The notes under the pieces were generated by a model. That model saw nothing but the letters and a program-made list of their open reading frames with translations. It had not been told where the DNA came from and did not search any database. From the NCBI GenBank assembly GCA_964016885.1, contig OZ024755.1, positions 35,154,001 to 35,218,000 of the forward strand: a stretch of 64,000 nt of DNA, given 5' to 3'. Position numbers and translations under genes: made by a program. Shown here piece by piece: positions 26,958 through 40,271 of the stretch (its first letter is position 1; every line of letters begins with the position of its first letter). The stretch comes from Eledone cirrhosa. Lineage: Eukaryota.

Positions 26958-28427
26958 TTAAAAGAAAGTAAGATGTTACAGACATTTTGTCAGCTCTGTA
27001 AAATAGACAATGCACCAGAAACCAATAACAACAAGATGTGTAAATGTTGCATATACTTGAAGAGAAATGGAAGATGACACTAGAAATGTGTAATAAATTG
27101 TTTATAAATATATATTGTTTTACATGAATGCTTCTTTCAAGTTCTGAAACATGAAATTTATGCTGAAATCTTAAATCATGACAAAACCTTAAATCACGGG
27201 GAAAAGTGAAATGTGAGGAATATTGAAATTATCACATAAATATAAGAACACATACAAGTAAATACTGAATTATTACATAAGCACAAAACTGTAAATCTCT
27301 TGTGAAAAAATAAATGAAGATTGTCAAACATTTTCACCTTTCTCCTGAACATAATACTAGGTGTACAAATGGTTGGGTTGTCGGTGACTAAACTGGCAAC
27401 CTCACCAAGTTTACTTTTGGACACCCTGCAGGACAAAAAACAAAACCTGACAAAGGGCGGAAGAACTCATAAGAGTCAACGGCCATCTAAAAAATAAATT
27501 TTTTTTTAAAATCCTGCCAAATCAATGGGTGGCAGTAGTTCCAGCTGCACACATCGAAAAACTGGTGTAGTGGTTCTGAGAACAATGTGGCTTTGCAGAT
27601 GATCAATACAAAGGCGCTCCCGTTCGAGTTAGAAGAGAACTATTGACCTTCAGGAGAAGCAGTGACCCCTGATTGTATTCAGCAACTGAAACAAATATGA
27701 AGTACACCAAATCCAATGCTCCTAGGGGCGGCCCTGGTTCTTCTTATTTGCGAGTGTAAACTCCGCCAGATTAGATAGATTAGATTAGATTAGATTAGAT
27801 TCTTCAAATATGATTTCAAGTTAATTTGCTATCTGTTTCTTTTGACTAAAAACTAGTTACCGTATTTCCCGGCACTGAAGGTGCTTCATCCTCGAGAATG
27901 TACCCTAACTTTGACAAGCAAAAATTTGAAAACGAAATAATAAACAACCTTCGGCCCCGAGGACACATGGTAGACTTTTGAGACTTATTTTCAGAAAAAA
28001 GCAGCATCTTCAATGCCGGGAAGAGGAGGAGAGAATGTAGTTCTTTTAGTCGGGTACATTACTATCCCAAACTTTTTCAAACTCAAAATCCTTTTGGGTT
28101 CAGAAACTTTTGGGGGGAATCCCAAATTCTGATACTGTTATATGGTAGTAATATAAATATACTCCTCTACCTTTTTTCACAGAACCCTAGACACTCCTTT
28201 GCTGAACCCAAGGGTTCCACAAAACCCACTCTGGGAACCAATGGGTTTTTATAAACATATACCTGAGAGAGTTAGGGTACATGGTCTAATTCACATGAGT
28301 CTCTTACATTTTTACTTGACTTGAAAATAAATGCACATACACACAGAATTTAGACTACACACTCTTTTAACGACCATGACTCTGCTAATTCATATAGTTC
28401 TGTAATATTTCTATCATATTATTTCAT

Positions 28428-28845
28428 TGGTGGATTGGCAGTATCGGTAGAGAGTCGGTAGAGAGTCGGTAGAGAGTCGTCATGCTTTGACGCATAGAGT
28501 TACGGCCCTTTCCATTCTGAGTTCAAATCCCGCCGAGGTCAACTTTGCCTTTCATCCTTACGGGGTCAATAAAATAAAGTACCAGTAATGCACTGGGGTA
28601 TTTGCTGGCCTTGTGCCAAAAGTAGAAACAATTATTTCATTATAATATGGAGGGTGGTGAATTAGCAGTATCGGTAGAGGGTCAGACACCATGATTTGCA
28701 GTAAAGAGTTACGTTCCTTTACGGTACGAGTTCAAATCCCGCCGAGGTTAACTTTGCCTTTCATCCTTACGGGGTTGATAAAATAAAGTACCAGTAATGC
28801 ACTGGGGTAATTGCTGGCCTTGTGCCAAAAGTGGAAACAATTGTT
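28428..28845 (+). mobile_element. Two tandem family A SINEs
   Basis: Two copies; the first has a stuttered TCGGTAGAGAG repeat. Confidence 0.85.
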
Positions 28846-29276
28846 TCATTATAATAAGTTAAAGGTTCCATTCATTTTGAGTGAAGTTATTTTCAGTGAA
28901 CGGTAATTTCAGTGAAGATTAATTTTAGGCGAAATAAATTTATGAATTTTAATTCTTTCTAGAATTATTTATTTTGATTTTAAATGTGAATTTTTTCTAA
29001 CATAAAATGTGTCAATTTTAAATAATTTTTTATTCACCTGATGTAAAGGTGTAATTATTTGTACAAAAAAATTGTAGATTTCTTGTATATTTTTATTTTT
29101 ATCAACTTCGCTCAAAATCATCTTTAAAAAACACTGTGAGGTTTGCTCAAACCGACATCACTCAATAGGCATTGCTCAAAATGCATATAATTTCAACTTC
29201 ACTCAAAATGACTTTGCTTAACTTGATATTGCTCAAACGACTGGACATGGAAAAAACATATATATATATATATATA

Positions 29277-29618
29277 TCACCATCATCACCGTTTCATGCC
29301 CGTTCTTCCACACTAGCATGGGTTAGACAGGTTGTCCTGTTGTGGGCAGTGCCCGGTCAGCTGACCTTGTCTTGCTCATACTGGAACTGATTCTGGTTTG
29401 ATTTCTACAGCTGGATGCCCTTCCTTACACCAACCTCATTTACAGTGAGTGCTGGGTGCTTTTTTTCCGTGGCGCCTACACGTCCACTTTACAGTGTGGG
29501 CTGGGAGCTTTTTTGCCTTGGCACCTCCATGACCACATTGTAGTGTGTGTGTGGGGGGAGGGGGGCATATTGTCTATATGCTTCAGCTTGTACTCGTGGG
29601 AAGTCGGGTCTTCTGTAT
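29277..29618 (-). mobile_element. RTE 3'-UTR fragment (35182 family)
   Basis: Matches 35182-35530. Confidence 0.75.
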
Positions 29619-29884
29619 TATACACATAGAAATGTGTGTGTGTTTATACCAGACACGAAACGTTGGTTTACCTGATATTACAGTCAATAAAAGCTCCATG
29701 TTCAATGTAATGCAGAGTGGGATTGAACTGCAGATCAAATTATTGGGAAGTGAACTTCTTAACGACATAGCTAAGTCTGTGATTATATGACTCATTCACA
29801 TAGAATAAACAAGTCATTAATTTTACTTCTCTCTTTCTTTCTGTTCAATTTTCTGTCTGCCACGCGCTCTCTCATTATGTGCGC

Positions 29885-29943
29885 GTGTGTGTGTACATAT
29901 ATATATATATATATATACATACATACGTACATATACACGTGTG

Positions 29944-29976
<33 letters not shown>

Positions 29977-29996
29977 ATACATACGTACATATACAC

Positions 29997-30037
<41 letters not shown>

Positions 30038-30054
30038 CATACGTACATATACAC

Positions 30055-30103
<49 letters not shown>

Positions 30104-30243
30104 CATACGTACATATACACGTGTGTGTATATACATATATATATATATGTGTATATATATATATATATATACTTGTATACACATACACACACATATATAT
30201 GTACACACACACATATATATGTATATATATATATATATATATA
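29885..30243. repeat. TA-rich minisatellite (ATACATACGTACATATACACGTGTG plus variable TA)
   Basis: About 4 copies, direct reading. Confidence 0.85.
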
Positions 30244-30422
30244 AACCGACCTAACAGCAAACAGTGAGTGTGTTTTATTATTATTTCTGACAATATTATA
30301 ATAATATGATCCTCCCCAAATAAAACAATATACATCTATATATATATATATAAATATATATATATATATGATCATCAACATCATTTAACGTCTATTTTCC
30401 ATGGTAGCATAGATTTATATAT

Positions 30423-30747
30423 GGAGGCACATGGCTTAGTGGTTAGAGCATTGGCCCTGCAATCGAAAGGTTGTGAGTTCAATTCTCAGACCGGGTGATG
30501 TGTTGTTTCCTTGAGCAAGACACTTTATTTCACATTGCTCCAGTTTACTCAGCTGTAGAAATGAGATGATAGGGACTGGGGTCCCTATCATCCCACTGCA
30601 AAGTGGTCATGGAGGTGCCACGGCAAAAAAGCACCCAGCACTCACTGTAAATGAGGTTGGTGTTAGGAAGGGCATCCAGCTGTAGAAATCAAGCCAGAAT
30701 CAGTTCTCGTCCCACCCTTGCAAGCAGGAAAAAGTGGACGTAAAATG
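30423..30747 (+). mobile_element. CORE-type SINE family B
   Basis: Full-length copy with RTE-like 3' end. Confidence 0.9.
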
Positions 30748-31835
30748 GTGTGTGTGTGTGCGTGTATGTGTGTGTGTGTGTGCACACACACTCATATATA
30801 TATACTTCTGTCTATTCCTGCCTTAATATTAACCATTTCTTCTGACACTTAGGTTTTAATCTAACTTACTTATTTGTATTTGAACCGTGAAAAGTTATAC
30901 ACCAATAACTTTAGCAAAAATATTTTATTGCAATTAGTAACTTTATTCAAGAGACTCTGTTCTTTGTAAATCTATTTGAAAGCATTTTTTATATCTTTCT
31001 TGTGATAAATTCATATATTAATGAGCACAGAAAAATAAAACCAAAGAAAACAACAAAAAAAACCAAAACATTAAATAAATATTAATAGAAAGGAAAATGA
31101 TTACAGCAAACTCTACAGGAACTGCAAAGACAAATCAAGAATTTGTTCTGTGTGTTAATTTTAAATAGCTCTGATACATTAACTGAGAATAGTAACAACT
31201 TCCTAATTAGAAAACTTTGTTGTATATAAATTTCATTTAAGCTTAACAATAAAGCCGATGCCACTTAGTAATATGTTCATAGTGTAAATCACTATGAAAT
31301 GCTCAGTGTTGGCCACTTTACTTGAAATTATTATCCTGCTACTGTCTTGGAAATGGAATTAATTGAGTTTTATACACTCTTAAAACAGTCATTTATGTTT
31401 ATGACAGCAATCTGGCTTATTACAGAGAAAGTATTTTCCAATTAGTTACCCAGAAGTTTACATTTCTAAGATATCTCTTATGGAGGGAAGATATTATTAT
31501 TAAATCTGAACATACTAGGTTCAGTTTCATCTACCGCACTGAAGTTAATTTAATTTAATCAATTTTTAGTTAACTGTTTATAAAGGAAATGTGAAAGAAG
31601 ATTCAAAGTAAATTTTTTTCTTATCTTCTATTTCTCTCTATTGAGAATTTAATTTAACCCTTCAGCATCCAATCCTCCAATACAAAGTGTTAATATAGAT
31701 AATGCTATTTGTTCAAATTAGTTTGTTGACAGGAAACCACTGCTAAATCATACAAGAAGGCACACAAGTTTCTTAGTTTTATCATTTCATTGTTTTTCTA
31801 GAAAACACATCAATATATCTAACACCCCTAACATA

Positions 31836-32045
31836 ATGATTTCTAGTATAGGCACAAGGCCAGTAATATGGGGGAGGGGAAAGTGAATTAAATAGACCCC
31901 AGTACATTACTGGTGCTTTATCGACCTTTGTAAGGATGAAAGGTAAAGTTAACCTTGGCGGGATTTGAACTCAGATCATAAAGGGCCGTAACTCTATGCT
32001 ATAAAGCATGGTATCTGACTCTCTACCGATACTGCCAATCCACCA
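31836..32045 (-). mobile_element. Family A SINE with TSD
   Basis: Flanked by TAACACCCCTA(A/G)CATAATGA direct repeats. Confidence 0.8.
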
Positions 32046-32250
32046 CTCTTAACACCCCTAGCATAATGACAGTGAGAGTTCTAAGGTGTTAAATTTATAT
32101 GCAAAAAATAATCAAGAAAAAAAAAAATCCAGCAATCCCAGCTCAAAATCAAGCTGTTTAACCCTTTTGTTAATATATGTCTAATGAAATACACTGTATG
32201 TTAATTAATGATTGAAGAATTTGGAGAGAATTACTAAATTTTTTCATTAA

Positions 32251-32652
32251 CCCTTTCGTATTTAAACCGGCTGTATCTGGCCAGAATTCTCTTTCCTCTT
32301 CCGGTTTAAACTGGCCATAACTGGCTGCTCATACTTATGTTAAGGTATTGTTCTTAGAATAAATAATATCAAAAACTGATAGATTCAATATTATGTGGGA
32401 TAATTATGTAAGATAAAGGGTTTACCACAAAAATACAATAGTATATAGCAGGCATGTCAAACTGAGAATACCTCGAGGACCACACAGGTCACATATCTGT
32501 TGTCAGGACAACTAATTGTGTACATTACAACAAATTTTATGAAGATAAAACATGCTGTAAAAAACCTTTGTGGGGGGCCACAGGTGTGCTTGTAAAGGGC
32601 CGCATGTTTGAGATGGCTGGTATATATATAGAGTAATGTAAAGCCTAAAGAG
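32251..32652 (+). mobile_element. piggyBac-type MITE containing a nested hAT MITE
   Basis: TTAA at 32247-32250 and 32653-32656. Confidence 0.8.
32449..32619. mobile_element. hAT (Charlie-like) MITE
   Basis: TIR CAGGCATGTCAAAC vs CAGCCATCTCAAAC; TSD GTATATAG/GTATATAT. Confidence 0.75.
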
Positions 32653-32677
32653 TTAAGATGGTATTTGTAACTTAGAT

Positions 32678-33153
32678 TAATTGTTTCTACTTTAGGCACA
32701 AGGCCAGCAATTACCCAGTACATTACTGGTACTTTATTTTATCGACCCCGTAAGGATGAAAGGCAAAGTTAACCTCGGCGGGATTTGAACTCAGACTGTA
32801 AAGGGACGTAACTATGCTAGAAAGCATAGCGTCCAACCCTCTACCGATACTGCCAATTTTTATATAAAATAATTGTTCCTACTTTTGGCACAAGGCCAAT
32901 AATTACCCCAGTGTATTACTGGTACTTTATTTTATCGACCCCTGTAAGGATGAAAGGCAAAGCTAAGATCAGTGGGATTTGAACTCAGAACACAAAGAGC
33001 CATGCTTTGCAGCATAGAGTTACGTCCCTTTATGGTCTGAGTTCAAATCCTGCCGAGTTAACTTTGCCTTTCATCCTTACGGGGTTGATAAAATAAAGTA
33101 CCAGTAATACACTGGAGTAATTGTTGGCCTTGTGCGAAAAGTAGAAACAATTA
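32678..33153. mobile_element. Three family A SINEs, the last two fused head-to-head
   Basis: Minus copies at 32678-32857 and 32870-33000; plus copy at 33000-33153. Confidence 0.8.
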
Positions 33154-33687
33154 TTTAGTATGTTAGATTGATGACTTGGATATTTCGATATTTGTATATG
33201 GATTGTACTTGGGCAATTCTTTCTAAACCTTTCTTAACTGTCACTATTTCTTTATAGCTACCTCCTTGTATCATACAAAAATTGTTACAAATAACTTCCC
33301 GTAAAGTGTAGAACCTGAGAATATAGATATTTATATAGTCTCTCTATTGCTGTGATTGTGGTAGAATGTAAACCTTCAGTCTCTCTCTCTCCCTCCATTG
33401 ATATAAGTACAAGCTTGTTTCATGCAAGCAACCGCTAGTCGGCACTGAGCTCACAGACACTCTTCCAACAAATGCAACCTACACACACTCAGTGTTTATC
33501 TCGATGTGGCAGCATCCATATTGTGTTTTCCCAGTGTTTTTTTTATTTATTTTGTGCATTTTCTGCTATCATTTTATAATAATTAGTGGAAGAAAATCCA
33601 TAAAAAATGATTTGGGGTGGGGGAATGGGTTATTGATATTTTTCGCTCTAACATGATGGATACCTTAAATGTATTGATGAGTAAATA

Positions 33688-33871
33688 ATAATTGTTTCTA
33701 CTTTTGGCACAAGGCCAGCAATTACCCAGTACGTTACTGGTACTTTATTTTATTGACCCTGTAAGGATGAAAGACAAAGTGAACCTAGGAGGGGGTTTTA
33801 ACTCAGTGCGTAAAGGGACGTAACTCTATCCCGGAAAGCATGGCGTCTGATGCTCTACCGATACTGCCAAA
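33688..33871 (-). mobile_element. Family A SINE
   Basis: Minus-strand copy. Confidence 0.8.
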
Positions 33872-34102
33872 TAATAATATTATTATTATCAATATTCAGT
33901 TTGTTTGCCAGCAAACAGACTGGTAGCAGCAACGAGAATATACATTCTCGATAAGGAGCAACAACTCCGAAACAATTGTCAACTGTTTTCTCTCAGTTAC
34001 TGCTGGAACAAAATTATGATGCAGTCATCTAGAAAACACACATGGTGTAATGAGGCTGTTTGCTTGCAAACAAATTGAATATTAATAATATTATCATTAT
34101 TC
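33872..34102. mobile_element. Inverted-arm element carrying the 3' half of a hammerhead
   Basis: Arms about 33872-33920 and 34054-34102; GGAG-CAACAA-CTCC-GAAA-C AATT G-TC at 33955-33980; CTGATGA is missing or degenerate. Confidence 0.45.
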
Positions 34103-34111
34103 ACTCACGAA

Positions 34112-34158
<47 letters not shown>

Positions 34159-34159
<1 letters not shown>

Positions 34160-34332
34160 GTGGTAGAACACTGGAAGGTAATATCCGTAGTGATAGAGCA
34201 CTATGGGACGAATTAGGTAAAAGTGGTTACACAACATTTAGTTCACCATACCTTAGCAGATCCTCAGCTGAGGAGCCGCTAAGGTGAAACAATTGTTCTC
34301 GGTATGGTGAACTAACTGTTGTGTAACCACTT
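34159..34332. mobile_element. Inverted-arm element in (TA)n with a hammerhead core
   Basis: Arms 34221-34252 and 34301-34332; CTGAGGA-GCC GCTAA GGT-GAAA-C AATT G-TT at 34268-34297; stem I is disrupted. Confidence 0.55.
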
Positions 34333-34347
34333 ATATATATATATATA

Positions 34348-34691
34348 TCATCATTCATCATCATTTCATTTTACGTCCGCTTTTCCCTGCTTGCAAGGGT
34401 AGGACGGCAACTGATTCTGGCTTGATTTCTACAGCTGGATGCCCTTCCTAACACCAACCTCATTTACAGTGAGTGCTGGGTGCTTTTTTGCCGTGGCACC
34501 TCCACGACCATTTTGCAGTGGAATGATAGGGACTCCAGTCCCTATCATCTCATTTCTACAGCTGAGTAAACTGGAGCAATGTGAAATAAAGTGTCTTGCT
34601 CAAGGAAACAACACATCACCCAGTCCGAGAATTGAACTCACAACCTTTCGATTGCAAGGCCAATGCTCTAACCACTAAGCCATGTGTCTCC
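34348..34691 (-). mobile_element. CORE-type SINE family B
   Basis: Full-length minus-strand copy. Confidence 0.9.
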
Positions 34692-35181
34692 ATATATATA
34701 TACTTTTAATTTGCCTGCCAAAAACCGGGGGTTACTTCCCTTGTTGGAAATAACACGTGACAACGAAAGACTGAATGCTGTCTATTGTAGCAGTCATCCT
34801 GAGTTGCAGTTCACACCGGCTTCAGGCATAGAACGAAATACCTGTTGATGACGTGAATCCCCTGTTCGATCATGGAATACCACAAGCTTAGTATTACGTA
34901 AGTTGGATTGATGATTTTGGATTCATAGAAACATATCTGACATATTGCAGAATATCGTTTGATTTGTCCAGGTCTGTTGTCTAACCCGATTAGTTTTTTC
35001 GTTGTTTTGGTATTGTGTGGCTGGGTTTTGCCTGCCACAATTTTCAATTTGTTAAACTATCTAAACATATGTTATTACTCTAAGGGCCTACCTTATTGAG
35101 TGCTTTGCTACTCATTCCTAATTGTAGGTCGATTTTGCTTCGCCGCAGCCAAAGCTTCGATTTTACTAAGCTTCCACTTGT

Positions 35182-36210
35182 ATCATCATCAACGTTTTAC
35201 GTCCGTTCTTCCACGCTAGCATGGGTTTAGATGGGTTGTCCTGTTGTGGGCAGTGTCCAGTTGGCTGACCTTGTCTTGCTCATACGGGAACTGAATCTGG
35301 CTTGATTTCTACACCTGGATGCCCTTCCTAACACCAACCTCATTTACAGTGAGTGCTGGGTGCTTTTTTCCGTGGCACCTACACGTCCACTTTACAGTGT
35401 GGGGTGGGGGCTTTTTTGCTGTGGCACCTCCACAACCACTTTGCAGTGGGAGGGTGTGGGGCCATATTGTCTATATGCTTCAGCTTCGGCTTGTTTCTGT
35501 GTGGGGGGGGGGGGCTCAGGTCTTCTGTATTACTGCGTGACGCCAGATGTCACGGTTGTGTGTCATTGCTCTGGAGAGGTGCAATTGGGTAAGGTCGGCC
35601 TTTATCACTTCATCCCAGGTCTTCTTCGGTCTCCCCACTCCGCGGCTTCCATCGACTTCTAGTGCTCTGCACCTTTTTATGCAGCTGTCATCCTTCATAC
35701 GCATCACATGTCCATACCAATGTAACCTCCTCTCCTGCACACATCATTTGATTCCTCTTATGCTCAGTCTCTCAATTCATTTATGCTTTGTCGTTCGCGT
35801 ATATTACTATAACACATCCAACGGAGCATGCAAGCTTCGTTTCTTTCTAATCTGCGCAAGCCTTCTATAGACAGCGCCCAGGTTTCACTTCCATGTAACA
35901 TTGCTGTTCGTATGCATGCATCATACAGTCTGCCCTTCATTTTGAGGGAAAAGCCTTTTGCAATTCACAGTAGCAGTAGCTCTCTGAACTTCTTCCATCC
36001 CGTTCTTACCCTAGTTATTGTACTTTCCGAACACTCACCTCCGTTGTTAATTCGGTCACCTAGGTAGCAGAAGCTGTCCACCATTTCTATAGAGCCCTCC
36101 CAGAGTTTGGTGGTGCTTGTTTCCTGTGGTCGTTAGCTGCTTGCTGCCCCAGCGCAGCTGCAACATATGAAGCCTACATTCTTAGTTAAACTTCCTGAGA
36201 CCCCACTACA
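35182..36210 (-). mobile_element. 5'-truncated RTE LINE (second family) with long 3' UTR
   Basis: Minus-strand translation includes VDSFCYLG and RRLHWYGHVMRM..GSRGVGRPKKTW; (GAT)n tail. Confidence 0.85.
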
Positions 36211-37279
36211 TGTATATATATATATGAAGTATTTCTGTAGGAAAGGTAAAGAAAAAGAGAGTGCTCTATGTAGGCTACAGAGCTTTTTAGTTATGTAATA
36301 AACAACATGAAATTTTATTTAATAAAATTTCATTCTGACGTCTGTACCATTCAGTAATAATATCGAAGACTAAATGACATGCAATTATTACTTTTATTTC
36401 TCTCCTTCTCCCACTTATTGCTGAGATGGTCGTGGGGACAATGTCCTCAAACACTCCTCCTTTTAGTGGGTCCTGTCATAAACAACTGTCTCCAACAGAT
36501 CCGGCTGGATCCCAAGCGAGACCAGCCAAGCTCATGAATGTTATCTAACCATCTCCTCACCCTTTACACAAATTAAAAATCAAACAAACAATTATTCTAA
36601 CTAGGATCATTTACTGAATAACATTTAACTTGAATACACTAATAAGTTATAATATAAGATCAATGCCAATTAGAAGCAACTTTAATCTATTCCTCGAATC
36701 TAATACTTAACAGTAATTAATGAAACTGGTGGAAAAAATACTAAAGAGAAATTTAAGAAAACCAACAAAAACATGCAATGGTCTTTAAGAATCTTTCAAT
36801 GTCCTGATAGTGCAATATAATTAATTAGATTTACCTAATGTTAAGTAACAACATCAGCGAATAATTAATGCTGTCAATAAAACATTAGTGGGTTTTAGAA
36901 AACGATTAGAAGAAACAGTTTTAATGCAAATATCTGTTGACACTAAACTAGCAAAATTACCAGAACAACTTGCTTCACACATGTCAACAAGAATCAGTAA
37001 CAACAACAACAACAGCAGCAATAATATCTCTGTTGCTATATCAGAAATAAACAGTGACTGTTAGAAGAAGAACGACAACAACAACAACATCAACAGTAAT
37101 TATACAAACAACATATCTAAATACAATATATACACCAGCTGCAGTAAGTTGTGGTTATACCATGTAGAACATTTGGGTTCTTGTTTAATTAGCAGAATTA
37201 CAACAATGCTGAGACATGTCCTGAACTTTAACACTCCTAGCGCCATTACTTCCCAATAATGATACTTTTTCAATTTTTT

Positions 37280-37830
37280 CTGGCATCCGTCTGTCTCAGG
37301 AGACAATGGACATTGCTTCATGGCAGTGAGTCTGTGGTGGAACTGCAGCACTGGCTGTGGCTGTAGAACTCGATCCTCGAACGACAGGTCCTGTTGCAGT
37401 TGCTGCATGTGAAGACAATGCCGTCCAAGGGAGCTAACTCCGCTCTCTGACGTCTGTGTGCTCTTCTTTCTTCCCACTGCGCCTTTCTCCTCAGTTCTGA
37501 TGTCTTAATGGCCGACTTGATGGCAAGTTGCCAGTGGCTGTGGTCAGCTGCCACCGCTTCAAGGCCTGCTGGTGCAATACCACCCACCTTGAGGTCCCAC
37601 TTACACATGTCTTTATAGTGGAGTGTGGGCCTTCCTGTGGGTCTGGAGCCACTGGTAAGCTTGCCATACAAAATGTCTTTGGGTATTCTGCCATCCTGCA
37701 TTCGGATAAGATGGCCAAGCCAACGCAAGCATCTCTTTGTGAGCAGGGCAAACATGCTGAGAGTTCCTGCCTGTGCTAAGACATCCTTGTTAGGGACGTG
37801 GTTCTGCCATGAAATGCCGAGGATTCTCAC
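37280..37830 (-). mobile_element. RTE (BovB-like) LINE 3' fragment with C-terminal zinc finger
   Basis: ORF 37318-37830: RILGISWQ, LRWLGHLIRM, RIPKDILYG, FTCSNCNRTCRSRIEFYSH. Confidence 0.85.
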
Positions 37831-37943
37831 CAGTGTGTTATAAAGGTAAGTTTTACCAGATCCTACAAATCCATCTAAATATAAATATTATCAATGGTAT
37901 TTTCTGAAAAACAGTTTAATTCAGCTTCTAATTGTTTATTTAA

Positions 37944-38158
37944 CGCTTTAGTACTTACATTACTCTATATTTACTATTGTATGTTCACGGTAAAGGCTTT
38001 ATCTTACATAATTATCTCATATAATATCGAATCTATGAGATATTATTTATTTTCAGAACAATACCTTAACGTTGGAAAGAGCAGCCAGTTACGACTGGTT
38101 TGAACAGAAAGAGATGAGAGAATTCTGGCTGAATATGGCTTGTTTAAATGATAAAGGG
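37944..38158 (-). mobile_element. piggyBac-type MITE
   Basis: TTAA flanks; reverse orientation of 40018-40271. Confidence 0.8.
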
Positions 38159-38918
38159 TTAAATTTTTAATCATCTTCAGGTATTTTTTAAGTGGATTTC
38201 TTCATACATAGATGGTAATGTCCAATATTAAGAACAGCACATTAAAGTAATGAGAATTTCAATATGATTTGTTTAGTCAAATCCAAATAACATGTAAGTA
38301 TTACATTAATATTCACCATTTGAGAATGCTTAAAGTATATGCGAATTAAACCATAATTTAAAGATTCTTTAGATATGCTTGCCATATTGAAGCAATAACC
38401 TCTATCAATTCTCTCCAAGCCTTTCATTAGTTTGTTGGGGAAAAAAACAATTTTTCTGCAAGAATATTGAAAAAAACGTTGTGTAGGAGAGGTGTTGATA
38501 ATCTGAATATCAAAACTGTAGCAATAGAAATGAAAAACATAAGAGAAATAATTATGTCACGAAGATCATAGAAATTACTGTGTAAGCAGAGTAGAGACAT
38601 AGCACAAAGGAAAATTGAAAACTAGAAAATAATGGTAAGTGTTTATGTAACAACCACACAAATTGCCTTTCTCTATGTTGCATCTAAAATAACAGTCTAT
38701 GAAGGAAATAAAACAGAAAATAAGGGTCATTAGTTTTCTGTAAGAAGTGGAAATATCAAATGTTTATATAGGAAAGAATAAAGATCTCTAGCCAAAATGT
38801 TTGATTTTTCTTCTATTTATGACAAACTAATATAGCTAAATTTTTGCCTTTACACTGCTGAGACAGCGTCAGAGAACTATCACCCATATTTTCAATTATA
38901 GTGATTATATATGTAAGA

Positions 38919-39270
38919 GGAAACAGTGTTTCCATTGGTCTTTCCAATTACTAATACTATCTACCGGTTGCAACTCCAGACAGAAGGGGCAATGTGAAAT
39001 AAAGTGTCTTGCTCAAGGGCATAACGGATCTCTCGCTCCAGGAATCAAACTCACAACTGCATGACTGCGAATTCAGTTCTGTAACCCCTACACGTTCCTG
39101 AATGGCTAGAGAATTGAATTCACAATCATGAGGTTGTGAGTTTGATTCCCAGACCAGCCGATGCGTTATGTCCTTGGGCAAGACACTTTATTTCATGTTG
39201 CTCCTTCTACCTGAAGTTGCAACCGATAGATAGTATTAGCAATTGGAAAGACAATGGAAATATTGTTTCC
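38919..39270. repeat. Inverted repeat (about 170-bp arms) containing CORE-SINE 5' halves
   Basis: Arms about 38919-39086 and 39102-39270; the non-SINE flank is also mirrored. Confidence 0.8.
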
Positions 39271-39508
39271 TTGGTCCAATTTGACGAAAGTCAATCGACT
39301 GCCGATATGTAAGGGTTATTCTCTCTTGACAACCACAACAATATTTTAAAAAACTTAAAACACAAATGTTAAAATATAATTTGAGTAAACTTCAACAAAT
39401 GTTAAAAATACTCTTTCTGCATAATTAGCTTACAACTTCTGAGTTTTACATGTAGGCAACAACATACAAATATCTAGTTATTTGTTGATATTGTAGCTGT
39501 AATTATGT

Positions 39509-39846
39509 GGAGGTACATGGCTTAGTGATTAGAGCATTGGGCTTGTAAACGGAAGGTTTTGAGTTTGATTCTTGGACCGGGTGATGCGTTGTGTCCTTGA
39601 GCAAGACACTTCATTTCACGTTGCTCCAGTTTACTCAGCTGTAGAAATGAGTTGCTACGTCACTGGTGCCAAACTGTATCGGCCATTGCCTTTCTCTTGG
39701 ACAACATCGGTGGCATGGAGAGGGGAGACTGGTATGCATGGGCGACTACTGATCTTCCACAAACAACCTTGCCCAGACTTGTGCCTCAGAGAGGAACTTT
39801 CTAGGCGCAAATCTTATTTGTCATTCGTGACTGAAGAGAGTCTTTA
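39509..39846 (+). mobile_element. CORE-type SINE family C
   Basis: Same head and core as family B with a different tail; flanking GCTGTAATTAT direct repeat. Confidence 0.8.
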
Positions 39847-40017
39847 AGGATGCTGTAATTATTGTTGTTGTTTACTGCTATTGTTGCTGTAAGACAAATG
39901 TCCTCTTGGTATACCAATAAAACCCATCAATTACACAACCTATCAACTGTCTTTGGCAGATATATTCCCTTCTTATCCTCATGTATATTTCATCCCCAAA
40001 AGAAAAGTTGGTATTAA

Positions 40018-40271
40018 CCCTTTAGCATTTACACCGGCCATATCCGACCAGAATTTGCTCGCCTCTTTCTGTTCTAACCGGCCAGAATTTGCTCACCTCT
40101 TTCTGTTCTAACCAGCCGTAACTGACTATTCATACTGATATTAAGGTATTGTTCTCAAAATACATAATAGCAAAATCTCATAGATTCAATATTATGTGAG
40201 ATAATTATGTGAAATAAAGTGTTTACCATGAAAATACAATAGTATATATAGAATAATGTAAAGCTAAAGGG
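40018..40271 (+). mobile_element. Intact piggyBac-type MITE (254 bp)
   Basis: TTAA|CCCTTTAGCATTTACA...TGTAAAGCTAAAGGG|TTAA. Confidence 0.85.

Noticed and set aside
30423-30500. tRNA genes at SINE 5' ends
   Set aside because: The tRNA-like heads lack a complete acceptor stem and continue into SINE bodies in many copies.
34905-34945. TTGATGA...GAAACATATCTG as a hammerhead
   Set aside because: The first core base is altered, stem II is weak, and there is no valid stem III closure or UH site; at best a dead relic.
38160-38900. Host protein-coding exon on the minus strand
   Set aside because: Only about 100 open codons, with no recognisable motif or splice context.
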